Source: Raillietiella orientalis (taxonomy: Eukaryota). From it: a stretch of DNA of 64,000 nucleotides. Below, piece by piece: positions 1 to 14,000 of the stretch. Below the pieces are notes generated by a model. That model had not been told where the DNA came from, searched no databases, and saw nothing but the letters and a program-made list of their open reading frames with translations. Both the position numbers and the translations under genes were made by a program. The stretch lies in the NCBI GenBank assembly GCA_036172245.1, contig JAYWIR010000001.1, forward strand, positions 11,656,001 to 11,720,000, read 5' to 3'. The number at the start of each line of letters is the position of its first letter. Position 1 is the first letter of the stretch.

Positions 1-1109
1 GAAGAGAAAGCGGCTAACGGAAGGTGGTCGATTCCGTCGAGCCACCACACAGTACCCGCTCCCGCGGACACCCTAGGGCGCGCGACCACGACCTGTAAAC
101 CTGTTGCACCCACGGCGACTACGCAACACACCTGCCCGACACCTCCCAAGCGCTCCTATCTAGTCAACAGTCGCTTACGAGGAAGCTCCTTCAGTGAGTT
201 GCTGTGGCGGTCTCCAGGGAGCTGCCCCTCCCTTTCCGCTTGCACTTTGTGTTTCTTTGCTTTCTCTTTTCAAGAGGAGCTTCGACACGGTGAAGGAGCT
301 TGGCAAAGACACGAACAGAATACTCCTCCTTTCCGAGTGGCACGGGGTGTTGCCCGGGGGAGGAGGATTCTGTTTTTCGTTGCGACTCGGTGACACCAGC
401 AGCGAGCCTCTTCAGGGTTTCTTTCATCCTCCCCCCCCAAAGTACGCAAAGATTATTTCCGGTTAGAACCCCGCTCTTCCTTCCTGTGAAACCGGCCTGC
501 TGAGAACTTGAAGATGGGGAGAGTCGCAGCCTCCACCTTCCCAGACCACATCCTAGGAGGTTCCTGCCGTCTGGATGCTGGACGCACCGGCATCGTTTCG
601 GTGGGCGTATAGTGCCAGAGCACCCGCGGCAGGGCCGGCGAGGACAACTACCGCGTGAGCGCCAAGGTGCTCCCCTTAGAGTGCACGAAGAGGAGACGCA
701 CCCAAGGACAGCTGGAAAGTCAGAGCGGACGCGCCGCGGACTCTAGGCGAAGCTACTCTTCCTGAGCTCCGGGCGGATTCTTCTCCGCCTCCAGGAAAAC
801 CGCACTCGCCTTCCCGAAGGAGCACGGGAGAAAAAGCCACACGCCGAGAAATAGGGGGGTGCGGCGTAGGCTTCGAGTTGCTTCGGGATGCCAAGATGGC
901 GTCGGTTGGTCCATTCGGTGAAAGCAGCTGCTGAGTGGCCAGGATTGAAAGTGAACCTTCTGGGGTCCTTCCAGGAATCAAAGAGCTCCGGTTCCCTTCA
1001 GGGTTTTCCCTCCAGGGGTGGACCTTCGTGCTATGGGGTTAGTGGACTGAAGATGTCTCTCCAGAGTGCGAAGTGCGCTGCCTCCTTCGGGGAGCGTTCT
1101 TAAAGAGAA

Positions 1110-1540
1110 ATTTGGAAATGTCCTTTCGAGTGCTCTTCAGAGGAGGACGGAACAGGGAAAGGATCCCTTGCAGGTTCCCTTGAGTCTTCTTCCCACCGGG
1201 GAGAACCCGAGAGATCCCTCCGGAGAGAACAAGGAAGAGGTGATTCCCTTCGTAGTTCCCCACCAAGAGCAAGAGGAACTGACTCCTTTCCTCCGGATCC
1301 CTTCCTGGATTCACAAGGTGCTCCCTACGAGATTGCCCCCTAACCTGAAGAGTCACACGCTCCCTCAGGTGGCGTGGGCATCGTTGAAGAAGAGCTTCGC
1401 CAGCTCCCCCTGAGGAGGCGAGCTGTCCTTCAGCACTTGGTGAACCAAAAAGAAGAGAACTGAAAAGCACACATACAAAAAAAAGCTGGAAGAACAGAAG
1501 AAACCCAAAGGATTCCCGTCTCAATAAAGATCTGGTGGAC
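1110..1540 (+). repeat. Dispersed LTR-like repeat, copy A, inside a GC-rich unclassified TE-derived block (1-2600)
   Basis: Blocks ctcttcagaggag, tcccttgc..ggttccct, tccctccgga.agaa, cccttcctggattca, cccta.cctgaaga match the reverse complement of 50550-50935. The 3' part also matches 42850-43035. Ends aataaagatc-tggtgg. Confidence 0.6.
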
Positions 1541-3495
1541 CGCGCGTCCGGGAAGCGGAGCAGCACCGTTCGGGGCTCCTGCAAGGACCGACAGGGAGGG
1601 AGAGCCCCCGACGACTTCCCGGCATGGGGCGCGCGCACGGAAAAGGAAACGACCTCGAGGCGCTCACAAACGTGCCTGGCCTCCGGGCACGACGCGAGCC
1701 AAGGGAAGGCCACGTCCTGCATCGGGCAGCATCGTCGTGCTCCGGGGCATTTCCTGTTCCGCGGCGAGCAGCCTCGGTTCGCAGGTGGACGGCGGATCGA
1801 GGAAGCAACGCGGACAAGAGGAGAGCTGGACGAGTCGAACCACGTGGACGAGTCGCTGCCGCCACTCACCAGCCGTTTCTTGGAGTGCGTGAGCGTCGGG
1901 CGCGTGACCGCAGACCCGGGGTCACCACGCAGACAAAAGAGGAGGAGAACGACCAACCTATGCGGTTAAAGTGGCGGCCAATTAAGGATTGCTGGTTTAA
2001 GAGAGAGCAGGGTTGCCAACCTTGCCAACTCTTGTTCTCCATCCTGTACTTTTTCTTCTTCCAGTTGTTGGTCTTGTTCTTCTTCTGGTTGTTGCTCACG
2101 CGACCGCCGGAAACCACCGGGAACGGTTCGGATCCTCGCCGATCGGTGCGTCGGCGGCCGGTCACGGAGGCGTGCGCGGCGAACTCCGAGCTCCTGGTCA
2201 GGAGGGCTGCCCCGCGTCGCTGGGGGCCGTCGACAAACAGGTACCGTCCCGCGAACGCGGGTTCGAAGCCCGAGAGAGAGCGGCGGGGCGAAGGAAAGTG
2301 GTCGGGTCGGCGCGCATGCACGGCGCCGGAGGAGGCAGGGCGGGCGAGGCTCGTGGAAGACTGCGGGAGGCGGTGCAGTTCCGGGAGGACGGGAAGACTG
2401 CCCGCGAGGCAGGCAGGGAACGCGTCGGGAAGGAAGGGGCAAGCTCGAGCGTGCAGCGTTGCCGGACATCAGCCGGAAGCATCGGTTGGGTCACCGGCTC
2501 GTAGAAGAGGACCCCTCGGGATCGCAAGAGGAGCTGGAGAGGAAGGTGGTGGAAACTTTCGCTTCCATTTGCTGCTCCTGTCCGCCGCTTAGCGTCACTT
2601 CGGGAGCCAAGGTTGAGTAAACACTGATTTAGCGCGAAACGATAACGGGTGGTGATTTGCTAGAGGTAACCAAACCGGGATGCAAATGACAGGCCCATAC
2701 AAGTCGAGACTCCTAAACTGTGACTGCAAACAGTTTCTCCTGCCAAACTCTGTTCCAGTTCACGCAGAACAAACAGTTGCTTGAAATTTTCCACGCGAAG
2801 CTTCTGGGGTCGTTGGCTGGGATCGCCGCACGCGCTGGCTGGTAAGGGTTGTTACTTGGGTCGAAAAAGTCCGATCCCGAATAGCAAAAGGTAGTGCCTG
2901 CTTTCCGGAGTTTCGCTTTCGATGGCAACTTCATTCGCAATCAGTTGACCTTCTGAGGTCCAGAAAAAGCAGTGCAGGTGTTTGATAACGCGATGCTGAC
3001 GGATGTTCGCAAACTGCAAACCTCTGGCAGTGGCGCCTCTCTGACGAAGAACATGATGCGTTCCTCTCGAGGAAAAGAGCGTTCCTCGAGTACTTTAACC
3101 TCACGGAATCACCAGCCCACTCTTCAGGAGAAAAGGCTCCCTCCCCAATCTCGAACCCAGCCTGCCCGACAGAGCCAATGCTGTCGTTGGGGAATCCTCC
3201 TCCGAAGTGACAAAAATGCATGTCTCCAGGGAGGTACATCCTCCGCGATGATGAAGCAACTGGAACAGCAATACACGGTCGACTGCACTGGCAAAAATAA
3301 AAAGCAAATTCATGCATCATATGGTTTATTGCTCCTGCGTTTGACGAAATGGTTATAGTTTTACTTTATAAAAGGAATACATATCACAGCATAATCTATG
3401 CTGATAGCACATTAATTCACAAGTAATACATAGAACCATTGAGGATAATCCCAGTGACATGGAGAGAAAAATCATGGATGTTATTCGCGTCATAT

Positions 3496-5670
3496 TCAGA
3501 GAGTCTTTACTTTTAGCTGTTTCATTTTGGGGATCATTTTTTTGAGTAAACGTCTGTGCTCTCTTTCCTCCCATTTTCTCTGCTTGTCAGGATCTTCACC
3601 TTGCAGGATCTTTTCCTTTTCCAACCGTTTCCTTTCTTCCCTTTTGATCTGCGCGGCTTCCGCGCGGGCTGCATGAGTGCTTTTCAACTGCTGCTCACCA
3701 ACCCTGAGACGGTTTTTATCGGCTTTCATCTTGCTTTCCTTGCTCAGCTTTAGTCTGCGCACCTTCTCAACACAGTAGAAGACTAATTGCAGAAGATGCT
3801 TTATGCTATTCAAATCTTCGACTTTGCTTGGAAAATTAAAGCAGAATAGCAGAGCTTTGCATGTTTCTGGCCACTGTGTCTGCTGTTGTCCTCTGTAAAA
3901 AAAAAAAGTCAGTCTGATGGCATTATAGGGGGCTAATGTACTCTGTCTGTCTGCAACCTGCGAACTGATCAGAGAAATGGAGGTATTCGACTTGATGAGA
4001 GAATTTGTGTAGTGCAGCACAGAGTTTGGAGTCCAGCAAACTGGTACTCACTTCGTGCAATTCACTTAACACACAAAAATTTGCTGGCAAGTCAAAACGA
4101 TCACCCATCTTCCGGTCTGGACAATATAGAGGTAGATCATACATGTCTTTAAGTAGGTGATTGGCTTGGCGTTTGGTACAAACACAAAACACAAAAGGAT
4201 CCATCTCTAAAGCATTCATGAATACCGTGATGTGCAGCTGATCTGTGATGGATCTCACCAAATACAAAAAGGAAGCAAAAATATCTTGCCGCTAATGTGC
4301 TACCAGTAGAAAACTGTTGTTCACTGATGGAATTCTACCTTAAGAAGACGCAGCTCCACAAGCATGCCCTCCACTCCAGCCCTTCCACTACACCATAAAA
4401 CATACAGATGTTCTGATTCTTTCTGCAACATATCCATGTTCCCATTTCTGTGAGTTTTATCACCTATTCTGCCAATTAAAGCCTTGTGTTTGTCTTAATA
4501 TACCTATCATAGCAAAATTATCTTGCAGAATATGGTAGTGCTCCTTCAACCAAAGCTCAGCAAGTTTTCTATTCTTTATTCTACCAGCTAAAAAATTGGC
4601 AAAATATGCCAAGAGTCCAGCAATCAACAAAAATTCCACATGGAAACTTTCCCAGCTGTTGCGAAAATTCAATGGAACCTACAATCAAACATTTTACTCC
4701 CCCACCAAATCCTTTACATTGTCTCACCTTTGCAATTGTAAGTTCTGGTTTTCGGGACTTTTCAGGCTGAAATTTGATTTCAGAATCATCAAATTCACCT
4801 CTGTCTTCTTCCACCTAAGGATATTTACAAGTTGATTAACAGTTGAAACTCAACACCAGAACCAATGGGTATTTGCGAAAAGAATACTGAAAGTAACATT
4901 CGACAAGCTTAAAAATTCACATTTCTACACCTTGTTGCACATGCACACCAACATCTTTTGAGGATCTGCTACTTTACATCATTAGAATGGTAAAAAAATT
5001 AAACCGTACTCTTTGAAAATCAACTCAAGCTAATGAGGCACCTGAATATGCAAGGTGAACTGAGACTACTTTGCATCCCTTATATGATACAATTTTCAAT
5101 CACTACTCAGAAGGCACTGCAAACATAGACTAGCACCATGAAAGATACAATTTAACGGTTAGTGTTTTAAGAGGACATGTTTTAATGATACTTTTATAAA
5201 CCCTAAATAAACATGGTTATTCGACCACGCACAAACTTAATGCACCGTAACTTTTCGACCCTGTGTAAGCATAAAAACAGAATGATCAGGGGCTTGATTA
5301 CATCGTACATTCCTCTTTGAAGGGAACTGTTAATGGCAAAATTAAAAACTCGCTCACAAGTAAAGCTCTTGGTGAAATAATCGGTCGCCGATAAAAGTAC
5401 ACACTTAAAAATGAAATCACTGAAAAAACGAAATAAACAAATACTTGCATCTTATTTTCCAACCTGTATAATCGAATATTCGTCATCACTATCGCTAACG
5501 TCTTGTTTGAAGTTCTCTCCAGCATCCAACAGCACTTTGGGAGAGGCGATTTCCAGTTCATCTTCAAATTCCAAAAATTCGTCATCTTCGTTTTGCCCTT
5601 TTACGAAGAAAGTTTTTGTGAAAAACATGAACACTAGAGCACATTGCAAGTTGTACACTCTTAAATTCAT
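3496..5670 (-). CDS. CCDC47: PAT complex subunit CCDC47 (ER membrane, DUF1682)
   Basis: 6 exons: 5670-5464, 4814-4728, 4678-4504, 4463-4339, 4291-3942, 3893-3496, all GT-AG and phase-compatible. Signal peptide, acidic luminal region, TM segment, motifs [21 protein letters not shown] and HFSDQF, C-terminus [21 protein letters not shown]. Confidence 0.95.
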
Positions 5671-8600
5671 AACTGGTTAAAACAGTACTGGCTTTGTTGA
5701 ATTCATATAATCCAAATCGAACAGCTGTCCCTTATTTTCCATCCTCATGAAACACACAGCAAGCACATTAGGGTACCCCGCACGTACGTTCCTCCCCCTA
5801 ACATGTTGCAATATCATTACGTTTCTCTGTAGGAGTACCAAGGTTCTATTTTTAGATTACAACCATGAATGCTTTTAACTCATACTCAGTGTCACTTCAA
5901 AAATACTATTTCAGATTTTCATTTTTCATCAGTCGATGTAGCTGTCCTTGATGGATTTTTTCCTCTTCTCCCCTTCTAAAATTCTTCCATAGGGAGCAAT
6001 TTCTTTCAAAAGGAAATAAGATTTGAAGTGCTTCTGAAAACCCCATGAGGAGTAATTGTTTTACCAGCTCTCAGTGATTCATAAACTCCTGTACAACTTT
6101 CTCACTTCACGAATGGATGGGATAGGTGAACAGAATGTTGATTTTCTCCCAGTGAGGGAAACAATTTTTTTTTTCTGTATGAAACAAGCAGCAACTTCTC
6201 TGAACTTCTTCCCTGAAGATACCTGGAGGCTGCGGATGTTCACTTCCTATTAAAATCGAATTGAAGATAGGAAAAAAATTACACATAAAAGAGGATTCTT
6301 ATTAAGAATTCATCACAAAACACGAAAATGCAGTTAAGAGGGAAAATCTTGTAAAGCTATACAAAGTTTTGAATTCATGAAGAACTTCAAACTTCGGTAA
6401 AAAAAAATCCTGCCCACATGCAACCTATTGAAGAACCCCCCCCCCCCAAAAAAAAAAAAATTGCTTTTACAAATGTACATCTTTTGAAATGGACGTGGAC
6501 TCTAACGACCTCAAAATGAATAACTGAATAATAACGGGTAACCTCTGTGATGTGTGCCTTATGGCTTCCTGATATTTAAATCGGTGTTTGAAGACGTTAT
6601 AGAATCCTTAATGTTGGATGTCCATGCTTAGAAAAGCAAATGAAAAAAAAAGATCTGGAACATCCATGCTAAATTCATTTGTAAATGAATTTAGTAGAAA
6701 AAATTGCACTTGAAGTTTTGTATGAAAAGTAAACTACTGTGCTCTTATGGAAGTTTGCCTTTATTACTTCATCCAATACAAATAAAAAAAAAATTCAGAA
6801 AATTAAAATATCCTCATGCTTCTGAAACATCTTCAGCCAAATCCATAGGTATGGCAAGTTCGTATAATGCGGCATCGTAAACTAAATCTGATTCACTGAA
6901 TAACATAGAAATCACCAAAATACATCAAAAACATTAATTCATAATGTCTCTGATTCCTGTACATATTGAACATGGTGAAATCTACAAGAACAGTGGATAA
7001 TGCTTGCATTTGAAATTGATATGATCTATTTTTCTGATATTATTTCCTTACCATTTTCTTGATAGCAGCTAATTTGAAACTGATTTGTTTGCATCAATGC
7101 AAACAGCGGGAGTATACGTTATCTGCATGACTGAGATCTTTGCACAAACCAAACGAAGTATTTCAAACCAAAATGTACATGTTTACGTTTCTCCCTGTGC
7201 ATTAATTTAATGAAAACATCACCATCAACTGGCTGAGTGTCCGGTACGGAAGTACAGTTCAGCAGAATAGTGAGAATAATACGCCAGGGTACTTTTTCAC
7301 AAAAGGAAAAAAAAAAGCAGTAATTCATAAGACATCAGTTGCGAAGCTATCCTATTCATGTTTGTCTCTATGAAAAAGAATTATTGGATCAAAAAACAAA
7401 AAATTCGGAAAATGTGGTCTGGAATTCACAAGAATGTTGAATTTTACGTAACCGACTATTCTCGGATAGCTCGAATCATGGAATATTCACTGCATTACAT
7501 TCCCTCACATATACCTATAAACAGGAAAAAACTCAAAATCTTGAAATTATTCTAGATTTAGTTTCTAAAAAATGGCAATAGATACTTTTCAAAAATTTTG
7601 TACAGTGCTCATGCTATTCATAATTCTTTGCACCCTGGTTTTAAGCTAGCTTCATTTTGGACTATTTTAAACTCTAAACTTCTTTCCATGGTTCACCTTA
7701 TTTATTTCACCTAATTTTAGCTCTCTTGCTCTTCATTCTGCTGATTATTCTATTCTTCATGATTATTTTTACATTTCATGCTTCGCGAATGATAATCCTC
7801 GAACCGATTCTGTCTTTTATAGTCTTTCATTCCATCTCCTGTTTCAGGTAGTGTACCCGACAGTTTTCCATGATCCCTATCTATTTTTCTTCAAGAGTCG
7901 AATTCTTATTTGTGGTACCTACTCTAATGTAGCATGAGCTTGCATTCCTTGGGCAGTCTTGATCAACTGATTTTAAGTTCATTCACAGTAAGACCCACGA
8001 TTTAGCTGTCAGCGCTAAATATGACATTACTCACAGAAAGACATTTAGGTCGAAGTGCATATTTTCATTAGCTGACCAGGATGCTCTTTGGCTTCCGCAT
8101 TTGAATCTCTGCTCCGACACAGATTTGCTTTGGCAAGAATGTGGTGCTCTGCTCCTCTCGACGAGTGAGGTTTCCATCAATAATCGAAGGGTAAAGTTAT
8201 CGCGAAACGCAGCAAATTAATAAAATGGGAGGGAAGAGTTCACGATGGAATGAAATAGAATTAAGAGGACGAATTTCAGTTAGATATTCCAATATAAAGA
8301 AAAACAAATTTATTACGAGTCCATCCCTGATTCGATGACATCAGATGAAACACAGCATCTATTAACATTGGCATGCACTTTCATTTTTTTTATCTCATTA
8401 AATCTTGATGAAATTATTCTTTTTCTAATGTGTTTAGGTCTTATGAAATTAAATCAGTGCAATGAGATGAACCATAAAATCAGCTGCCAGTCTTTAGACT
8501 CACATTGATAAGTACTGAGAGTTAATGTCAGCAAAGAAATGCATTATAGTATAATGACAATGTACGTACGTCCTAGCAATCGTAAAATCTATACAATATT

Positions 8601-10093
8601 TTCCATTGATGTGATATTAATACAATTGATTTTCTTGCGATCTGTGAATGCGTGTTAATCAGCGTATATAAAGTTGCTGAAAACCATCACCACAAAGAAC
8701 GGTGTTCTCCAATTGGGGCCCTTAAAAAAGATTAGCAGAGTGACAACAAACTACAATGACATGTGAAATCTTTTTGCAATAAATTGTTAAACCAAAGTGC
8801 TCAATAATATGTCTGCTTGAGCTAGTAACTGGATAAACACTTTTGCAACTTTCGGATTATAGTAAAAGAATCAAAATTTTGGTGATGGAGAGAATGACAC
8901 GAAGTATCGCGAGTTATAAGCGTCCCATCCTTCTTTGTTTGCTGCTTCACAGAAAATAAGACACAGTCTGTCATCCAGGGAACTGAAGAGGAAAATAGGA
9001 CACAATATGGAGCCAGTAAAGATATATGATGCATCAGCAATGAAAGTAAAAAAGTGCATGATTCCTTTCACCAAACTAGACCATCATTGTTGTTTCTCTT
9101 CAATTCTTCCATAATTTTTTTGAACATCTCATACATATTTTTCGATATCTATGCATTCTGAAATGTGTGTATGCGTGTTTTGCAAGTTCAGTCTTCTAGA
9201 TTCATCATTCAAATTTTCTAAGGAAAACCATTGGAAAATCTTTCAGAACATTCCCTCACTCCAAAAGTGTTCCCAAATTTCTACCAACTGGAAAGCTGTT
9301 TTCTGTATGGACAATATTTGCATCTACATGGGGTACTGGTCGGAAAGCATCAGCGGCATAGTGATTACAGTACATTACACCACAGTACATTAGAAGAAAC
9401 GAATTATTCTATTCCTATAGACACTCGATGGTTTCAGAAGCTCAAGTGTGCATTTTTTTAGTTGAAACTCACAAAAGTTTCTTTTTTTACAGAAATTGAT
9501 CTCTGAACATGTAGATCGTTCAGATCTTTCGGTGTAGCTTCATGAGGCTTTCATTCTGTGCCTAGAAAACTCTATATCATGCTGAATACACGAAGGAGTA
9601 GGTAATCTGAAATAAATATGCATTTTCAAGAATAGTTTCAATCATCGTTCATTCTATGGCTTTTAGCAAACTGGTGCAGTAAACTGCATTCTTCCCGAAT
9701 GGTAACATGAGGGAAACAATGATGTTTTTAATAGGTTAATTTTACGGGAAAAAAATGATCAAAGAATGATCATTGAATCCAACTCTCTGTTGTTGCGACC
9801 TCAAACCCACCGGACAAATGATTTTCCTTATGATGGACACAGTTCTAACAAACGTTGACAGAACCGAGTGATGATCCTGCAATCCTGAGTCAGTACTTAG
9901 AAAAAGTGCAGGTTGCGATGGTGCACTTTGGAACGGTTTGTAACTTGCAAATATTTCAAACAAATGCTGAAGGTGCAAATTCTCGAGTTCTGCAAAAATT
10001 CGCGAATCCGTGCAATGTGAAAAATTAACGGGAAGGCATCACGCTGTTTCCTTCACTCGAAAAATGTACTAGCACGCACCAGATCACTACAGC

Positions 10094-13000
10094 ATGTACA
10101 GTTTTGAAGGCACTTACCGACGTAAACCGGAGCAAAATCTTGCGGGTTCTAGTAAAAATCAAAACAGGGAGATTTTGTTAAAAAAAACCCACGAGGAAAG
10201 ATTGCTGCGGCAGGTGAGCATGAAATGAAATTAAATAGCCCTCAGCGCGACACAATTTGTAAATTAGACTACTGTATATCAAATGGATACATCCCAAATT
10301 TACGTTGATATTTTGAAATTTCATGTTACTGTGTGAATATGTGAAAAAAATTGGTAACAAACCTTAGATTCCAAAATCGCAGCCTTGTAGTTCTTTGCAC
10401 AATTGCTCATCAAATAATGATAATTATGTTCATCCTGAATTACCATTTCGTTTCATCGAAGTAATTTGAAATTCTCCAAAGGTGGAACAAGTGAAGAAGC
10501 AAACTATACTCAAACTTCAGCCGTACATTCGTGGCTATTTATGTAGAAAACTTCTTCATGACCAGTGGAGGCAGATGTTTGACTCATTACTGTCTCGTGA
10601 TATTATGCGCATAGAAAAGCAATGTGATAAAGATGTTGTGATTTTACTTATTCAATATGCAGATATGTTCTTCAACATTCAGAAAGACAGAGGCAGAATG
10701 GTAAATTGAAAATACAGTTGTTATGACATGAATGCTTCTAGTTAAGTTTTTTGCAAATTCTTCTGAGGAACCACGCAATCATTAAGACTTATTTTTCTGA
10801 AAATGAAAACATCTGGATCCACCGAATGAAACGGATTTTGGGAATCTGTTTGAAATGCATGACCTTTGATACATCAAAGAGTTCAAACTTCACTATTCCT
10901 TTGCGAATCATGCAAGTCTTCACTGCCAGTGATGTGCAGAATAAACAATTCTTGGTGAAAGTATTTCATTTTCTTGCTTCTGAAGGTATTTTAAGAGTTT
11001 TGCGCGTGTAGCTTTCATACAGTACTTACTTATTTTAGGATATTTTCTAAAGTTGAAGGAACTGTTAGATCAAAAAGGCCCTCCACTGTATGAAGAAATT
11101 GAAAGTCCTGCCACACCATTTTCAACAAGCATATTAGAGTTATTACAAAAGCCTCTGCTTCTTTGCATAAATGTGCCATTGACAGAGTATCATATAGATA
11201 TTCTGAACAATTTTGCAACATCCTTATTTTATTGCACATGGACTGATCAAATCCGTTTATTCATATTACCAAACATGTGCAAACCTTCTTTTGCTTTTCC
11301 AATATCAGCATTCTTGGAAGCGCTTTCTAAGCCATCAATTGTGTGCCACCTGAAGTATTCTTTGTGGCTTCTCCTTGCAGTGTTGCACTTGACAGGTGTC
11401 CATGCAGGTTTGCATCCAGCTTTTTGATTTATGTTATAATAGTCGTTCCCTAGACTTCCAGGACATCAGTTTTTCTCAACACTACTTGCATATAGTTCAC
11501 TCTCATTTGCTAAGTGTATGGTATTTGTTCGATAATAGCCAAAATCATGGAGAGATGGAAGAAGATGAGTTTCAGTTACAGGACCAAACACTTCAAGTTG
11601 TTCTTCAGGAGGTTCTTTGCAAATTGAATGATGCAACCCATATTTTAGCTGTTCTTACTCTCTTAGAGAAGAACCAAGATATGAGAGAAATACAGTCATT
11701 ATGTGATATTGCACATCTCCTCCTGAATTGTTCTCGCTTGGCTATCCACCGCTATAGGTAGATGGCTCATGCTCCAGATTATTGCAATGCTTATATTTTG
11801 AATGTTGAAGACTGCTGTACACACTGGCTTTTCGGCCACAATTTCTCCGAGATCTGTGGTCTTCTCTAACCCATCTGCATCATATTTCCTCATTGGGTTC
11901 TCCAACACCCTTGTTGCAGCTGTTATCCCGTGGGATGCAATTATGCCAAAAGGATCAAGATTCTCTTGTGCCTCAGCTAGCTGTGTTTGCCTCTTTATTT
12001 TCACAGCTCTTGGCTACTCTTCATGATGAAGAATTGATTGGCCAGCAGTGTTCTAATGGTATGGTAGGTTAACAATGGTTACATTGTGCTGAAACTTATC
12101 TTTGCAGCAGAGTTTTCAATGATGCCCTTCACTCTTCCCCAATTATCTAATATGTGTGCAATATTGCGTGATGTCTGCTTAGGCCTGGTTGAATTGGCCT
12201 ATCCTGACAGATGCAGTATTCCTATTAGTTATCTCATGCCTATGCCACTTTCCAGTGAAACTGGTACAACAGTGTGGCCCTCTGAAAAACACCATACCCA
12301 AATATGGATGCATTTATTCCGTTCATGTGTGCATTTGGTGCGACAGCTACAAATCCGGGATAGCAGAATATCCTTTTGCCCAGAAGGTCTTTGGATTTCT
12401 TCACGTGTTGTAATCCCCCATGATCACTTGATGCCATCATCCACACACTACTACAGAGAACGAGCCTTTTTGCCGTTAGAGAGTCTTCGAGGGGGAAACA
12501 GAAATGATCTAGGTAAGAAAATAATATACATGCTTTGTAATCAGCATCTCTCCTAGAAGATGAGGGTCCTCCACCCATTACTGCTGAAATCCGTTTGGCC
12601 ACTATTTTATCAGAAATGCCATTTGTTACCAGTTTTTCCCAGCGTTTCCGAGTGTTGCAACATTTAATCACACATGATAAAAGGGAACATCAAGACCATC
12701 TCTCAGCATTTCCAGATGGGCCTGCTGTGTCTGTGCTCATCAGGAGAGATTATTTGTATGAAGATGCTTTTGATAAATTGTCGCCCATTAATGGTAGGTA
12801 GATTTCGTAGTAATTTCCTAGGCTCTAGCAACTTGCAGAACCTAATCTGAAGTTGCGTTTCCGTGTGCAATTAATGAATGCAGCAGGCTTACAGGAGGCT
12901 GGAATTGACGGAGGTGGAATATTTCGGGAGTTTTTATCAGAATTGTTGAAGACATGTTTCGATCCCAATAGGGGATTTTTCTGTTTAACAAAAGACAATA

Positions 13001-13985
13001 CTTTATATCCCAATCCCAATGCAGCAATTCTGTTCCCAGATTTCATCCAGCATTATTATTTTATTGGCAGCATGCTTGGAAAAGTAGTAAATGATAATAG
13101 GTATACATTTGAAACAGATTATATATTTTAGGCCATATATGAGCATTTATTAGTAGAGCTCCCGTTGGCTAGCTTCTTTCTTTCCAAATTGATTGGAAAA
13201 CAAGAAGATGTTGACATCCATCACCTGCGCTCATTGGATCCTGTTATGTATAAGAATTTACTCTATTTGATGCAGTATCCAGGAGATGTAGCTGATCTTG
13301 GTCTGGATTTTACCATGGTTACCGATAATTTGGGACAAGCAACTATCCAAGAGCTTAAGCCAGGTGGCTCTAGCATCCCTGTGACCACAGCTAATCGAAT
13401 TGAATATGTGTATTTGGTGGCTGATTTCAAGTTAAACTGTCAGATCCGTTCTCAGTGCCATGCATTTAAGCAAGGTCTGACTAGTCTTCTAACCATTGAT
13501 TGGCTTGCTATGTTTGATGATCGTGAATTACAAATGCTCATATCTGGAGCTTCAGTTCCTATTGACTTAGATGACTTACAGACGCACTGTACTTATTTAG
13601 GTAAGTGTGTGACTGAATAGAAGTACATGGTGTTGAAATAGGAGGATATGGTGAACACCATCCTACAATCCAATATTTCTGGCAAGTAGTGCGCAGGTTT
13701 AATCAAGGACAGCTGCAGCAGCTGTTGAAATTCGTCACTTCCTGTTCCCGACCACCACTCTTGGGATTTAAGGTAGAGTACACAAAGAGAACAATTCATT
13801 TACTAGCTAGAATTTAGGAACTGCACCCTCCTTTCTCCATTCAGAATGCTGGTTCAGAGGATCGGTTGCCTACATCCAGCACTTGCATGAATCTCTTGAA
13901 ACTACCACAGTTTACAGATGAAGAAACACTGCGTAGTAGATTGTTATACGCTCTTCAGGCAGGATCAGGCTTTGAACTTAGCTAA
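10094..13985 (+). CDS. UBE3C: HECT E3 ubiquitin ligase UBE3C
   Basis: 12 exons: 10094-10213, 10482-10700, 10742-10985, 11039-11407, 11454-11757, 11811-12058, ~12108-12512, 12557-12793, 12839-13083, 13132-13600, 13642-13772, 13818-13985. N-terminus [14 protein letters not shown] motif [16 protein letters not shown] motifs [29 protein letters not shown], catalytic [15 protein letters not shown], end GFELS*. Confidence 0.96.
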
Positions 13986-14000
13986 TAGTTCATAACATAA

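Noticed and set aside
1039..2592. Long overlapping ORFs of 305 and 322 aa
   Set aside because: Expected in GC-rich DNA. Only a vague APE-like stretch (GAALLTR..DRRG) on minus; no assignable product.
6669..6694. 12-bp-arm palindrome CTAAATTCATTT-GT-AAATGAATTTAG
   Set aside because: Isolated and AT-rich with no functional context; probably a fold-back repair scar.
5900..9400. Possible decayed LINE fragments between CCDC47 and UBE3C (e.g. TGSILCPIFLF)
   Set aside because: Motif resemblance is too weak and broken to support a call.
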